Shown in pieces: positions 27,497-37,185 of a stretch of DNA of 42,364 bases. The translations under genes and the position numbers were made by a program. This stretch comes from Campylobacterota bacterium. GTDB taxonomy: Bacteria > Campylobacterota > Campylobacteria > Campylobacterales > Arcobacteraceae. Within the stretch, counting starts at the first letter, position 1. The number at the start of each line of letters is the position of its first letter. Location of the stretch: the NCBI GenBank assembly GCA_051746405.1, contig JBNJFB010000019.1, positions 1-42,364 on the forward strand, in the 5' to 3' direction. A model generated the notes under the pieces. The model was not told the origin of the DNA. It did not search any database and worked only from the letters and a program-made list of their open reading frames with translations.

Positions 27497-28656
27497 AAAT
27501 GCTCTCTTTTTTAGGTGAAACTCCTACGATTGCTTTAAGAAATGCTCAAGAAGAGTGTGGCGAGGAAGCGGTTGTAGTATCAACTAAAAAGATATCAAAT
27601 GCCAATGACTCTGGTAAAAATATGTATGAGGTTGTAGTTGCTATTGAGGATGAAAACTCAAAAAGCGATTATGATTATAGCAATTATACAAGAAAAGCTT
27701 CTACAAAATCTTATGAACAAGGCTCTAAACCTATTAATACTCAAGTATATGATTTCAAAGAAGAGATTCATAAGATGCAAGAAAAACTTGAGTTTGTTCA
27801 AAAATCATTGTGGAATCCAAAAAGTCAACTTTATGATTTGACAATTCCCCATGAGTTTGTTGATATGTATAATCTATTTGAGTTAAATGAGTTTGACCAA
27901 GAGATGACTTATACTATTATGAAAAAAACTATTAGACAGTTGCCCATATCATTAAAATCTAATCCAAAAAAAATAAATGATTTTTTTAAACTAATTTTAC
28001 GAAGAATTATTCCTATAAAGTATGAAATACCTTTAAGAAAACATCAAAGAAAAATAGTGATGATGGTAGGTCCTACAGGTGTTGGGAAAACAACTACCAT
28101 ATCAAAGCTAGCTGCAAGATATGCTTATAAATTAGGTCAAAGTTATAAGGTTGGAATAATTACACTGGATTCTTTTAGGGTGGGTGCAATAGAGCAATTA
28201 CAGGCTTATACAAATATTATGCGACTGCCTTTGGAGGTTGTAAAAAAACCAGAGGATTTATCTGAAGCTCTACTTCGGTTAAAAGAGTGTAACTATATCT
28301 TTATTGATACAGCAGGTTCAAGTCAATATGATGTTGATAAAATTGAATCAATTAATGATTATCAAAAAAAAGTTGATGAGCTATCAATTGAGAAGATATT
28401 AGTATTACCTGCAAATGTAAAACAGAGTGATTTATTAGAGATATATACAAACTACTCTAGGTTAAATATTGATTATTTAACCTTTACTAAACTTGATGAA
28501 ACAAGAAGTTTTGGTAATCTAATATCTTTTGCACATAAAACAAAAAAGTCAATTACATACTTTTCAATTGGTCAAAATGTTCCTGATGACTTAGTCGTTT
28601 CTGATAGTACTTTTTTAATTGATTGTTTTATGAAAAATAGATGTGTTAGGAAATAA
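27493..28656 (+). CDS. flhF: Flagellar biosynthesis SRP-type GTPase FlhF
   Basis: GPTGVGKTTTISKLAA, DSFRVGA, DTAG, TKLDET and GQNVPDD motifs. Confidence 0.96.
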   Translation: MKMLSFLGETPTIALRNAQEECGEEAVVVSTKKISNANDSGKNMYEVVVAIEDENSKSDYDYSNYTRKASTKSYEQGSKPINTQVYDFKEEIHKMQEKLEFVQKSLWNPKSQLYDLTIPHEFVDMYNLFELNEFDQEMTYTIMKKTIRQLPISLKSNPKKINDFFKLILRRIIPIKYEIPLRKHQRKIVMMVGPTGVGKTTTISKLAARYAYKLGQSYKVGIITLDSFRVGAIEQLQAYTNIMRLPLEVVKKPEDLSEALLRLKECNYIFIDTAGSSQYDVDKIESINDYQKKVDELSIEKILVLPANVKQSDLLEIYTNYSRLNIDYLTFTKLDETRSFGNLISFAHKTKKSITYFSIGQNVPDDLVVSDSTFLIDCFMKNRCVRK

Positions 28657-28659
28657 AAA

Positions 28660-29481
28660 TTGATTGATGTTATATCTACACAAGCTAGTAAGCTTGTAAA
28701 TCTAACTAATAAAGTAAGAAGAGCAAAAAACTCTAAAACTAAACTCATTACTATTACATCTGGAAAAGGTGGGGTAGGAAAATCTACTTTTACTGCAAAT
28801 ATTGCTTATTTATTATCCCAAAGAGGTCTAAAAGTTGCCATAGTTGATGCAGATATAGGTTTAGCTAATATGCAAGTTTTATTAAATATGCGACCAAAAG
28901 TAACATTTTTTGATTATATTGAGGGAATGAAAAGTATTGATGAGGTTATTTTAAAAACATCATATGAAAATTTATATTTAATAGCAGGAAAAAGTGGTTA
29001 TGAATACTCAAAACATTCAAACTCTTTTATCTTTTCAAGAATAGTACAAGATGTTATTGCATTAGATAGCTTTGATATAGTTTTAGTAGATACAGGTGCT
29101 GGATTAAATGATTATGTAAAAGAGTTTCTATCAATTTCAAATAATATATTAGCATTAACTACAACTGACCCAAGTGCTTTAACAGATCTTTACTCTTTGA
29201 TGAAAATGCTATGCAATGATAAAGATAAGCTTATGTTATGTTTTAACCATACTAAAAGTTTCCAAATAGGGGAAACTATCGTAAATTCTTTAGTAGATTT
29301 AGCGAAAAAAAATAGATTAAATGATGATTTTATGGTAAAATATATAGGTAACGTATCGACTTCTGATAATATTTCAACAACAGGAAGACTTAGAAAACTA
29401 TTTACAAAAGAGTTTTCAAATAATGATATTACTAAACAGATGCAGATGGTTACTGATTATTTATTAAAAAATATTTATTAA
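28660..29481 (+). CDS. flhG: MinD-like flagellar number regulator FlhG
   Basis: TSGKGGVGKS, DADIGLAN and DTGAG motifs; directly after flhF. Confidence 0.92.
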   Translation: MIDVISTQASKLVNLTNKVRRAKNSKTKLITITSGKGGVGKSTFTANIAYLLSQRGLKVAIVDADIGLANMQVLLNMRPKVTFFDYIEGMKSIDEVILKTSYENLYLIAGKSGYEYSKHSNSFIFSRIVQDVIALDSFDIVLVDTGAGLNDYVKEFLSISNNILALTTTDPSALTDLYSLMKMLCNDKDKLMLCFNHTKSFQIGETIVNSLVDLAKKNRLNDDFMVKYIGNVSTSDNISTTGRLRKLFTKEFSNNDITKQMQMVTDYLLKNIY

Positions 29482-29554
29482 TAAAAGGCAGTTTGGTGTA
29501 TTTTAAAAGCGTACTAAATATTTTTTCTATTGTTGATTTTAAGGAAAATAGTCT

Positions 29555-29899
29555 ATGGTAGTAGAACGTTTTTCACAAAATATAATCAATAGTGGTATAT
29601 TTAGACTCTATACAGCAACGGGTTTTTTTGCTACGGTTATATTTTTTGTAGTAAATGCTCAACTTTTTAGTCCAATGGAGATGATTTTAGGTATAATTGG
29701 AGTAACTATTATACTTAAGGGCATAACAAATATGATGTTATCATTAATAATAACCCTATTTAGTTTAGAAAAAAAGAGAGAAGAGTTTAACTTCAAGTAC
29801 AATGAAGATAAAATCGAAGCAATGTTAAATGAACTAAATGTTCATGATATTTCAAAAAAAGAAGACAACAATGCTAAAAGTAGCAATAATAAAAAGTAG
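29555..29899 (+). CDS. Hypothetical two-TM membrane protein
   Basis: Two hydrophobic segments plus a charged C-terminal tail; AAGGA RBS. Confidence 0.7.
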   Translation: MVVERFSQNIINSGIFRLYTATGFFATVIFFVVNAQLFSPMEMILGIIGVTIILKGITNMMLSLIITLFSLEKKREEFNFKYNEDKIEAMLNELNVHDISKKEDNNAKSSNNKK

Positions 29900-29913
29900 A
29901 AAGGATTTAGCAA

Positions 29914-30207
29914 ATGCAAGTAAACTCAATTGATTCTATTAATCCAATAGCTTTAAAAAACTCTGTAAATAGTGTGGATAAAGATAATCCGACTTTCTCA
30001 AATATGTTAAATAATGCTATTTCAGATGTTAATAACGAACAAAAGCAAGGTTATAATGCAATGGAACAGATTGCTACAGGAGAAGTTAAAAATCTTCAAA
30101 AAGCTGTGCAGCAAATTGAAGAGGCTGAACTATCTTTGAAGTTAGGTTTAGAGGTTAAAAATAAAGCATTAAATGCTTATAAAGAAGTAATGAGAATGCA
30201 AATATAA
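29914..30207 (+). CDS. fliE: Flagellar hook-basal body protein FliE
   Basis: FSNMLNNAISDVN...AELSL...EVKNKALNAYKEVMRMQI. Confidence 0.95.
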   Translation: MQVNSIDSINPIALKNSVNSVDKDNPTFSNMLNNAISDVNNEQKQGYNAMEQIATGEVKNLQKAVQQIEEAELSLKLGLEVKNKALNAYKEVMRMQI

Positions 30208-30226
30208 TTAAAAAAAGGAGTTGAAA

Positions 30227-30721
30227 ATGGGTTTTTTTGATGGTTATAATATAGCAACTTCTGGAATGAGTGCACAAAGAACAAGAATAGATGTTACAAG
30301 TGCAAATATAGCAAATGCTAAAACAACAAACACAATAGATGGTGGTCCATATAAAAAGCAAGAGGTTGCTTTTGAAGAGATTTTATTGGATAAATCAAAT
30401 AAAAAAAATCAAAATAGTAATAATATTTCAAATATTCCAAATATTGATGCTAATAGACAATTAGATTTAAAATCTTCAAACTCATCTTTAAGAGGTGTTG
30501 GTGTTAAATCAATTGTTGAATCAGATGCACAACCTGTAATGAGATTTGAACCACAACATCCAGATGCTAATAATGAAGGCTATGTGGCTTATCCTGATAT
30601 TAATCCAGTTGTTGAAATGGTTAATTTAATTGAAGCTAGAAGATCATATGAGGCAAATGTTGCGGCATTTAATACCCATAAGAATATTGATACAAAAACA
30701 TTAGATATCTTGAAAGCGTAA
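30227..30721 (+). CDS. flgC: Flagellar basal-body rod protein FlgC
   Basis: SGMSAQRTR, SANIANA, GGPY, PQHPDA...GYVAYPDINPVVEM and RSYEANV. The ATG at 30227 fits the AAGGAG RBS better than the TTG at 30221. Confidence 0.96.
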   Translation: MGFFDGYNIATSGMSAQRTRIDVTSANIANAKTTNTIDGGPYKKQEVAFEEILLDKSNKKNQNSNNISNIPNIDANRQLDLKSSNSSLRGVGVKSIVESDAQPVMRFEPQHPDANNEGYVAYPDINPVVEMVNLIEARRSYEANVAAFNTHKNIDTKTLDILKA

Positions 30722-30724
30722 ATT

Positions 30725-33379
30725 ATGAGTAAAGAGTTAGAAGTATTATCAAGCAAAATTACAAATAGTGAATCTTTAACAAATTCACCAAAGACTCAAG
30801 AGAAAAAAGAAGCTCCTTCTTTATTTGATTCTATTTTGGGTGGATTAAAAAAAGAGAATAAAAAAGATGTCAAAGAAGAGAAACAATCAGAAAATACATC
30901 TAATTCTAGCTTAAAAAAAGAGTCAAGTAACAGTAGTGTTAAAGAGACAACAGCACCTTTATCTAATGATTCAAAGAAAAGCTCTACAGAAACTTCCAGT
31001 ACAGAAAAAAAAGAGAATAAAGATAGTATAAGTAGCAAAAGTGATGATGATAAAAAAGATTTAAAGCTTCAAAATAAAGCAACAACAAATGTTGAAAAAG
31101 AGGATGTAAAAGACAGTGAGCAATCAACCTCTTCAAAAAAATCAAATCTCTCTTTGCTTGATAGGTTAGTATTAGAATCAAAAGAAGAGTCTAAAAAAGA
31201 GAGTAAAAATAATAAATCTACAGTTGAAAACAAAGTATCAGAAAATATAAAAAGTGATAATTTTAAAAATCCAGATAGTGAGAATAAAACTGGTGAGAAT
31301 AAAATAAGTGAAAATAAAACTGGTGAAAATAAAACAAGTGATGAAAAAACAAAAATAGATAATAGTAAGAATATAGTAGATGAGACAAAAAGCAAACCTC
31401 AAAAAACTAATAGTGAGAATGAAAATAGAGTAGCTCAAAACAAAGTATCAGAAAATATAAAAAGTGATAATTTTAAAAATCCAGATAGTGAGAATAAAAC
31501 TGGTGAGAATAAAATAAGTGAAAATAAAACTGGTGAAAATAAAACAAGTGATGAAAAAACAAAAATAGATAATAGTAAGAATATAGTAGATGAGACAAAA
31601 AGCAAACCTCAAAAAACTAATAGTGAGAATGAAAATAGAGTAGCTCAAAACAAAGTATCAGAAAATATAAAAAGTGATAATTTAAAAAATCCAGATAGTG
31701 AGAATAAAACTGGTGAGAATAAAATAAGTGAGAATAAAATAAGTGAGAATAAAACAAGTGAAAATAAAACAAGTGAAAATAAAACAAGTGATGAAAAAAC
31801 AAAAATAGATAATAGTAAGAATATAGTAGAAGATACAAAAAGCAAACCTCAAAAAACTAATAGTGAGAATGAAAATAGAGTAGTTGAAAACAGAGTAACT
31901 GAAAATAAAACAAGTGATGAAAAAACAAAAATAGATAATAGTAAAAATATAGTAGATGAGACAAAAGAGAAAGTAGAAAAAAGTTCAAATGAAAATATAA
32001 AAAGTGATAATTTAAAAAATATAGACAATGAAAATAAAACTAGTGATAGTAAAGAGCCTGAAAATATACCAAAAGAAAAAGTTGAATCAAAAGAAGAGGT
32101 TAAAAGTAGCACAGTTAATTCAAGTTTAACTGATTCAAACTCAAAAACTCAAAAACAAGCTATTGATTCAAATAATGCAAAAGTTTCAAATAGTGATAAT
32201 AATCAGCAAGCTAATAATCAAGAAGTTAATAAGCAATCTACAACTAATGATTTAAAAGTAGAGAACAAAAATGAAAAAGTTGCTGAACAATTAGCAAAAT
32301 TGAACGAAAATGAAAAAAATACACAAACAACTATAAAAGATAGTGAAATAAAAAATGAGAATAAAGAAGATAAAAAATCTTTACTAGATAAGCTTGTTGA
32401 AAAAAATAGCATGGAGCTTAATAAAAAAGATGAAATTAATACTAAGTCAAGTTTGCAAAAAGAAGTAAGTGAAGAGATAAACCCTGCTTTAAAAAATCAA
32501 AAAGACTCTAAGGATATATTAACAAATATCTATTTAAGTACTCAAAGAAATAGTATAAATAATAAATCTTTAGAGAATAAAAATAGTGCAATATCACAAG
32601 TGAAAAATGCCACATCAACAGCAGATGTAAAAGAGGCTGCTAGTAAGTTAGATTTAGAAGCTAAAGATATTGAAGTTGAAGTTTCTAAAGAGAATTCAAG
32701 TATTAAAAGTAATCAAAATGAGTTTCTTGAAAAAAGAAGTTTTTTAGATAGGGTAAGTTTAAACAGTAGTTTAAGACAAGATGAGATTAGAAACTTAATA
32801 AATAAAAGTATAAATGAAACTAAAATGACCTCTGCAAATGAAGCTATAAGTAGTAATAATGCAAATAATACTAATAATAAAGTTCAAGAGGAAGTTGTAG
32901 TAAATGTAAATACAAATTTAGCTCAGAATATTCAAGCTAAGATTGTAGGGGCACAGCAGCAAATGTCAAATATGATGTCTGATGTTGCAAGACAGATGTA
33001 TGAAAACTATAAGCCACCTGTAACAGCATTTAGAATTAATTTAAATCCTGCAAACTTAGGTTCAATAGCTATTATTATGAAAAGTGATAAAGATAATGCT
33101 ATAAATATTAGTATGAATATAGCTAATAGCTCTACTTTGGATGCATTTGTTGATAGTCAATCAAACTTAAGAGCAGCCTTAAGTAAAACCTTTGATGATT
33201 CAACACAGTTTAATCTTGATTTTAGTTCTCAAGATGAGTCATCTAGTCAAAATGATAACTCAGGGGATTCACAATCTAATCAGCAAGGTGGGCAACAAAG
33301 ACAAGAGTCTAATACTCAATCTGTTTTAGAATCAAGAGAGCAAAATAGAGATGAAGATAAAAAAATAGATTATATGTAA
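30725..33379 (+). CDS. fliK: Flagellar hook-length control protein FliK
   Basis: Long low-complexity N-terminal region; C-terminal T3S4 motif FRINLNPANLGSIAI...LRAAL followed by a Q/S-rich tail. Confidence 0.85.
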   Translation: MSKELEVLSSKITNSESLTNSPKTQEKKEAPSLFDSILGGLKKENKKDVKEEKQSENTSNSSLKKESSNSSVKETTAPLSNDSKKSSTETSSTEKKENKDSISSKSDDDKKDLKLQNKATTNVEKEDVKDSEQSTSSKKSNLSLLDRLVLESKEESKKESKNNKSTVENKVSENIKSDNFKNPDSENKTGENKISENKTGENKTSDEKTKIDNSKNIVDETKSKPQKTNSENENRVAQNKVSENIKSDNFKNPDSENKTGENKISENKTGENKTSDEKTKIDNSKNIVDETKSKPQKTNSENENRVAQNKVSENIKSDNLKNPDSENKTGENKISENKISENKTSENKTSENKTSDEKTKIDNSKNIVEDTKSKPQKTNSENENRVVENRVTENKTSDEKTKIDNSKNIVDETKEKVEKSSNENIKSDNLKNIDNENKTSDSKEPENIPKEKVESKEEVKSSTVNSSLTDSNSKTQKQAIDSNNAKVSNSDNNQQANNQEVNKQSTTNDLKVENKNEKVAEQLAKLNENEKNTQTTIKDSEIKNENKEDKKSLLDKLVEKNSMELNKKDEINTKSSLQKEVSEEINPALKNQKDSKDILTNIYLSTQRNSINNKSLENKNSAISQVKNATSTADVKEAASKLDLEAKDIEVEVSKENSSIKSNQNEFLEKRSFLDRVSLNSSLRQDEIRNLINKSINETKMTSANEAISSNNANNTNNKVQEEVVVNVNTNLAQNIQAKIVGAQQQMSNMMSDVARQMYENYKPPVTAFRINLNPANLGSIAIIMKSDKDNAINISMNIANSSTLDAFVDSQSNLRAALSKTFDDSTQFNLDFSSQDESSSQNDNSGDSQSNQQGGQQRQESNTQSVLESREQNRDEDKKIDYM
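31227..32047 (+). repeat. In-frame tandem repeat array in fliK: two 210-bp units, one 240-bp variant and partial units, with nested 15-bp repeats
   Basis: 31227-31436 and 31437-31646 read as identical. 31647-31886 has two extra 15-bp (S/G)ENK(T/I) units. Degenerate partial copies extend to ~32047. Confidence 0.95.
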
Positions 33380-33382
33380 TAT

Positions 33383-34132
33383 ATGGAAGCACTTTTATCT
33401 TTACTTAATGAGAATATACTTTATGAGTTTTTACTCTTATTTGCAAGAATTTTAGCTTTTGTAGGTTTTATGCCTATTTTTAGTGATGCTGCTGTTAGTG
33501 TTAGAGTAAGAGTTGCTTTAGCTTTTTATATGTCGATATTTTTATATCCTGTAGTTGATGTTACTACAAGTGTAACTCAAGATACATTTATATTAGGATT
33601 AATATCTGAGATTACATTAGGTGCAATTGCTTCACTGTTTTTTCATGTAATGTTTGCAGCTGTTAAAATTATAGGTGATTTTGTAGGGTACTCAACAGCT
33701 TTATCAATGGCTATGATGTTTGACCCCTCAACAGGTTCTCAAGAGGGTTTAGTATCAAGACTTTTATATTGGATTATATTAGCATTTTTCTTTCAAACAG
33801 GAATGTATGAAATGACTATAATAATGCTTGCTAAAAGTTTTTCAATGATACACTTAGGGGCATTTGACATTTTTTCTTATGATGGTATACAATTAGCTAT
33901 TGATGAGATTAAAAGAATGTTTGCATTTGCATTTGCATTTGCACTACCTCTATTTTTTATAGGATTTATTATGGATGTTTACTATGGATATGGAACAAAA
34001 TCTATGCCAGCATTTTCACCATTTGTTATCACGTTTCAGATGAAATTTGGTTTAATATTTCTATTTTTACTATTTGGAATGGATATATTTACAAGTGCAT
34101 TTAATGACTATTTTATAGATAAGTTTAGGTAG
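33383..34132 (+). CDS. fliR: Flagellar export gate protein FliR
   Basis: LFARILAF...PIF, EITLG, AMMFDPSTG and a hydrophobic profile; precedes flhB. Confidence 0.92.
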   Translation: MEALLSLLNENILYEFLLLFARILAFVGFMPIFSDAAVSVRVRVALAFYMSIFLYPVVDVTTSVTQDTFILGLISEITLGAIASLFFHVMFAAVKIIGDFVGYSTALSMAMMFDPSTGSQEGLVSRLLYWIILAFFFQTGMYEMTIIMLAKSFSMIHLGAFDIFSYDGIQLAIDEIKRMFAFAFAFALPLFFIGFIMDVYYGYGTKSMPAFSPFVITFQMKFGLIFLFLLFGMDIFTSAFNDYFIDKFR

Positions 34133-34138
34133 GTTTAT

Positions 34139-35188
34139 ATGGCTGATGAAGATGAAAAAACAGAAGAACCCACACCCAAAAAGATAGAAGACGCTAAAAA
34201 AGAGGGAAATGTCTCTAAGTCTATGGAGGTTCCAGGTGCTGCAATTCTGTCATTTGGGTCCCTTTATATTATGTTCTTCTCCTCATATACAATGGGTGAA
34301 ATAGAAAGTATTATGAGATATACATTTGGGTTTATTGGACAAGATATTGATACTTCTGTACTTTATTCATTAACATACGATATTACAATGGCTGCTTTAA
34401 AATCACTTGCGCCACTTTTTATTTTAGTAGTTGTCTTAGCATTTGTTTTTAATTGGATTCAGTTTGGAATGATTGTAACACCCTTGAAATTAGATTTACA
34501 AAAACTTGACCCAATAAAGGGAATGAAAAATGTTTTTGGACTTAAGAAACTAATTGAGGCATTTAAATTGACTCTAAAACTTATAATAATTATGGCTGTG
34601 ATGGTTATCATTTTCATGTTAGTTGGTGAGCAGGTTTTAATTATGATGGACCAAGAAACAATGGGAACAATTAGTCTTATGATTAAGGTTACATGGTATT
34701 TTCTTGCAGCTATATTATTAATTATAATAATTTTTGCTATAATAGACTACTTCTTTACAAATCATTATTATATGAAATCACTAAGAATGAGTAAGCAAGA
34801 AGTTAAAGATGAGTTTAAGAATATGGATGGGGATCCACAAGTAAAAGGTAGAATTAGAAAAATACAAATGGAAATGGCTCAAAAAAGAATGATGAGTGAT
34901 GTTCCAGATGCTGATGTTGTTATTACAAACCCAACACACTATGCAGTTGCTATGAAATATGATACGGATACAAATAGTGCACCTAAGGTAGTTGCAAAGG
35001 GTATTGATTTTTTAGCTGTTAGAATAAAAGAGATTGCAAAAGAGAATGAAATCCCAATAATAGAAAATCCATCTTTAGCAAGGGCTTTGCATGACCAAAT
35101 AGAAGTTGATCAAGAAGTACCCAATGAGTTTTATAAAACATTGGCTGAGATTTTCTCTTATGTTTATGAATTAAAAAAGAAAAGGTAA
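34139..35188 (+). CDS. flhB: Flagellar export switch protein FlhB
   Basis: EKTEEPTPKK, MSKQEVKDEFK...GDP and the NPTH autocleavage motif. Confidence 0.98.
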   Translation: MADEDEKTEEPTPKKIEDAKKEGNVSKSMEVPGAAILSFGSLYIMFFSSYTMGEIESIMRYTFGFIGQDIDTSVLYSLTYDITMAALKSLAPLFILVVVLAFVFNWIQFGMIVTPLKLDLQKLDPIKGMKNVFGLKKLIEAFKLTLKLIIIMAVMVIIFMLVGEQVLIMMDQETMGTISLMIKVTWYFLAAILLIIIIFAIIDYFFTNHYYMKSLRMSKQEVKDEFKNMDGDPQVKGRIRKIQMEMAQKRMMSDVPDADVVITNPTHYAVAMKYDTDTNSAPKVVAKGIDFLAVRIKEIAKENEIPIIENPSLARALHDQIEVDQEVPNEFYKTLAEIFSYVYELKKKR

Positions 35189-35190
35189 AA

Positions 35191-37185
35191 ATGAAATATA
35201 TAATAATAATATTTTTAACTTTTAGTACTGTTTATGGAAAAAAAGATTTCTATTATAGTTTTATAAACTCTTCAGGAGTGCAAATATCTGAAAATAGAAA
35301 ACAGATGATTGCAGATGGATTTGATTTATTAGAAAACAGCAGAAAGCTTGCAAGAGATGGTAAGATTGAAGATGCTTTTGCACAAGTAAGTGATTTTAAG
35401 AATAAAAACAGATTAGAAGTACTTAAATCAGATGTGATGATATTATATAGTGAATTAGCTCTAAAAAAAGGTTCAAAAAGAGTAATATCCCAAGCATCAA
35501 AACAGCTAGAAGAGGCTATTAATAGTTCAATGATTAATGATTATGATTTAGCAAAAGCATATAGAGTTTTAGTTGATTTAAAATTAGAAGTAAATAAGTC
35601 AGATGAAGCAATATATTTTGCAAATACAGTAATTAATAATTTTGATAATGAACTAACAAAAACTTATGGAAAAATTGCATTGGCAAAGGTTTATAAATAT
35701 AGACAAGAGACAGATAATGCAATTAGAATACTATATGAAATTTTAACAAAAACAAAAGATAAAAAAGTTGCAACTGTAGTTGCAAATGAACTATTTGATT
35801 TATATATTTTCAATGAAGATTATGAAAAAGCAAATGAGTTAATGTCACAAGTTTTAAAAAATAATATAGAGTTTTATGCACAAGACTCTTATTTGGCTAA
35901 TAAAAAAATAAATAAACTATTAGATGCAGACATGCCAAATTATGCAGCAGAGATTTTAAAAGAGCTACTAAAAAGAACCACAAAAGAGGCATCAATTGAA
36001 GATTTTAAATTTAAATTAGCCAATACATATATGCAGATGTATGATGGAACAAACTACTATTTAGAAAAAGCCAAAGATTTATATGAAGATATAATAAACG
36101 ATTATGCACAAGGTGCATATGTAAAGCAAGCAAAGATGTATATTGATGAAATCTTAATGAGACAGGGTATTTTAAAAACAACAGTTGTAGCAAATAAGTA
36201 TAATAACTCTGAATCTATGCAACAAAAAGCTTTATTACAAGAGTTATTAGATTTGAAAAAAAGAAAAGAGTTTGAACAAATAAATAGAGCAAAAAGAGTT
36301 TATATGAAAATATCAAACTCAATAGCACAAAGGTTTGGATATGAATCAATTGATGATTTATTTGACCAAATAAACATAGATAGAATAAAAATGTTGATAA
36401 ATAATGATAAGTGTTTTGAGCTAAGTGATGCTTTAAAAGTTTCACAAAAATCAACTTTTTTAAAACTTGTTGAAAATGAGACGCTTAAGTATAAGTTTTT
36501 CGAGTGTTTAATACAAGCACCATATAAACAAGCTTACAATCAATTAAAAACTATTTTTAGTACAAGTAGGGATGGAAAAATTTATCTTTATTTAGAAGAG
36601 ATGGCTCTTAGTTTAAATAAATACCAAGAAGCACTTGATTTCTCAGCAAAAGTTGAAATGGTAAATGATAAAAAGCTATTATCTCAAGAGTTTCTGATAA
36701 GATATGAAATATTAAAGAAAATGAACGATACATTAGCTTTAGATAAGTTTTTCTCTTATGCAAGTAGAAATAAAGAGTTTATAGAACAAAACAGTAAAAA
36801 TCCAATAATAACTGACTTTTATTATGATTACTATCTATTTTTACTAAAAAGAGATAGAACAAAGCAAGCTAAAAATATTTTAGATAAACTCTATGAAAAG
36901 CAAAAACAGATAAAAGCACATATCTATTCTCCTTTTGTAGAGTTAGAACTTGCTAAAAGAAGTAAAGAAAATCAAAATATAAGGCAAGCTGTTGATTATT
37001 TGCTTGAAGCAATAGAGAATACAAGAAGAATGAAACCAAATGACAAAGCTAAAGTATATTATGAGCTTATAAAAAATTATGAAAAACTAAATAATGAGAT
37101 TAAGAAGGAAGAGTATATTATTAAGTGTAAAGAGCTAAATGAAACTAATGATAGCTTATATAAAAAGATGTGTGATGAGATGTAA
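35191..37185 (+). CDS. Secreted TPR-repeat flagellar accessory protein, PflA-like
   Basis: Signal peptide, TPR-like helices, YSPFVE and a C-terminal C-x12-C pair (KCKELNETNDSLYKKMC), resembling PflA as recalled. Confidence 0.55.
   Translation: MKYIIIIFLTFSTVYGKKDFYYSFINSSGVQISENRKQMIADGFDLLENSRKLARDGKIEDAFAQVSDFKNKNRLEVLKSDVMILYSELALKKGSKRVISQASKQLEEAINSSMINDYDLAKAYRVLVDLKLEVNKSDEAIYFANTVINNFDNELTKTYGKIALAKVYKYRQETDNAIRILYEILTKTKDKKVATVVANELFDLYIFNEDYEKANELMSQVLKNNIEFYAQDSYLANKKINKLLDADMPNYAAEILKELLKRTTKEASIEDFKFKLANTYMQMYDGTNYYLEKAKDLYEDIINDYAQGAYVKQAKMYIDEILMRQGILKTTVVANKYNNSESMQQKALLQELLDLKKRKEFEQINRAKRVYMKISNSIAQRFGYESIDDLFDQINIDRIKMLINNDKCFELSDALKVSQKSTFLKLVENETLKYKFFECLIQAPYKQAYNQLKTIFSTSRDGKIYLYLEEMALSLNKYQEALDFSAKVEMVNDKKLLSQEFLIRYEILKKMNDTLALDKFFSYASRNKEFIEQNSKNPIITDFYYDYYLFLLKRDRTKQAKNILDKLYEKQKQIKAHIYSPFVELELAKRSKENQNIRQAVDYLLEAIENTRRMKPNDKAKVYYELIKNYEKLNNEIKKEEYIIKCKELNETNDSLYKKMCDEM

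Noticed and set aside
31227..31886. Repeat array considered as a CRISPR array
   Set aside because: No unique spacers, unit lengths are multiples of 3 within an open CDS, and no cas genes are present.
30796..32412. Multiple minus-strand ORFs, including two identical 66-aa ORFs, over fliK
   Set aside because: Antisense shadows of the A-rich repeat array, with F/L/S-rich composition; not independent genes.
33920..33943. (TTTGCA)4 hexamer repeat in fliR
   Set aside because: In frame, encodes FAFAFAFA in a hydrophobic helix with common codons; short and unable to cause frameshift phase variation.
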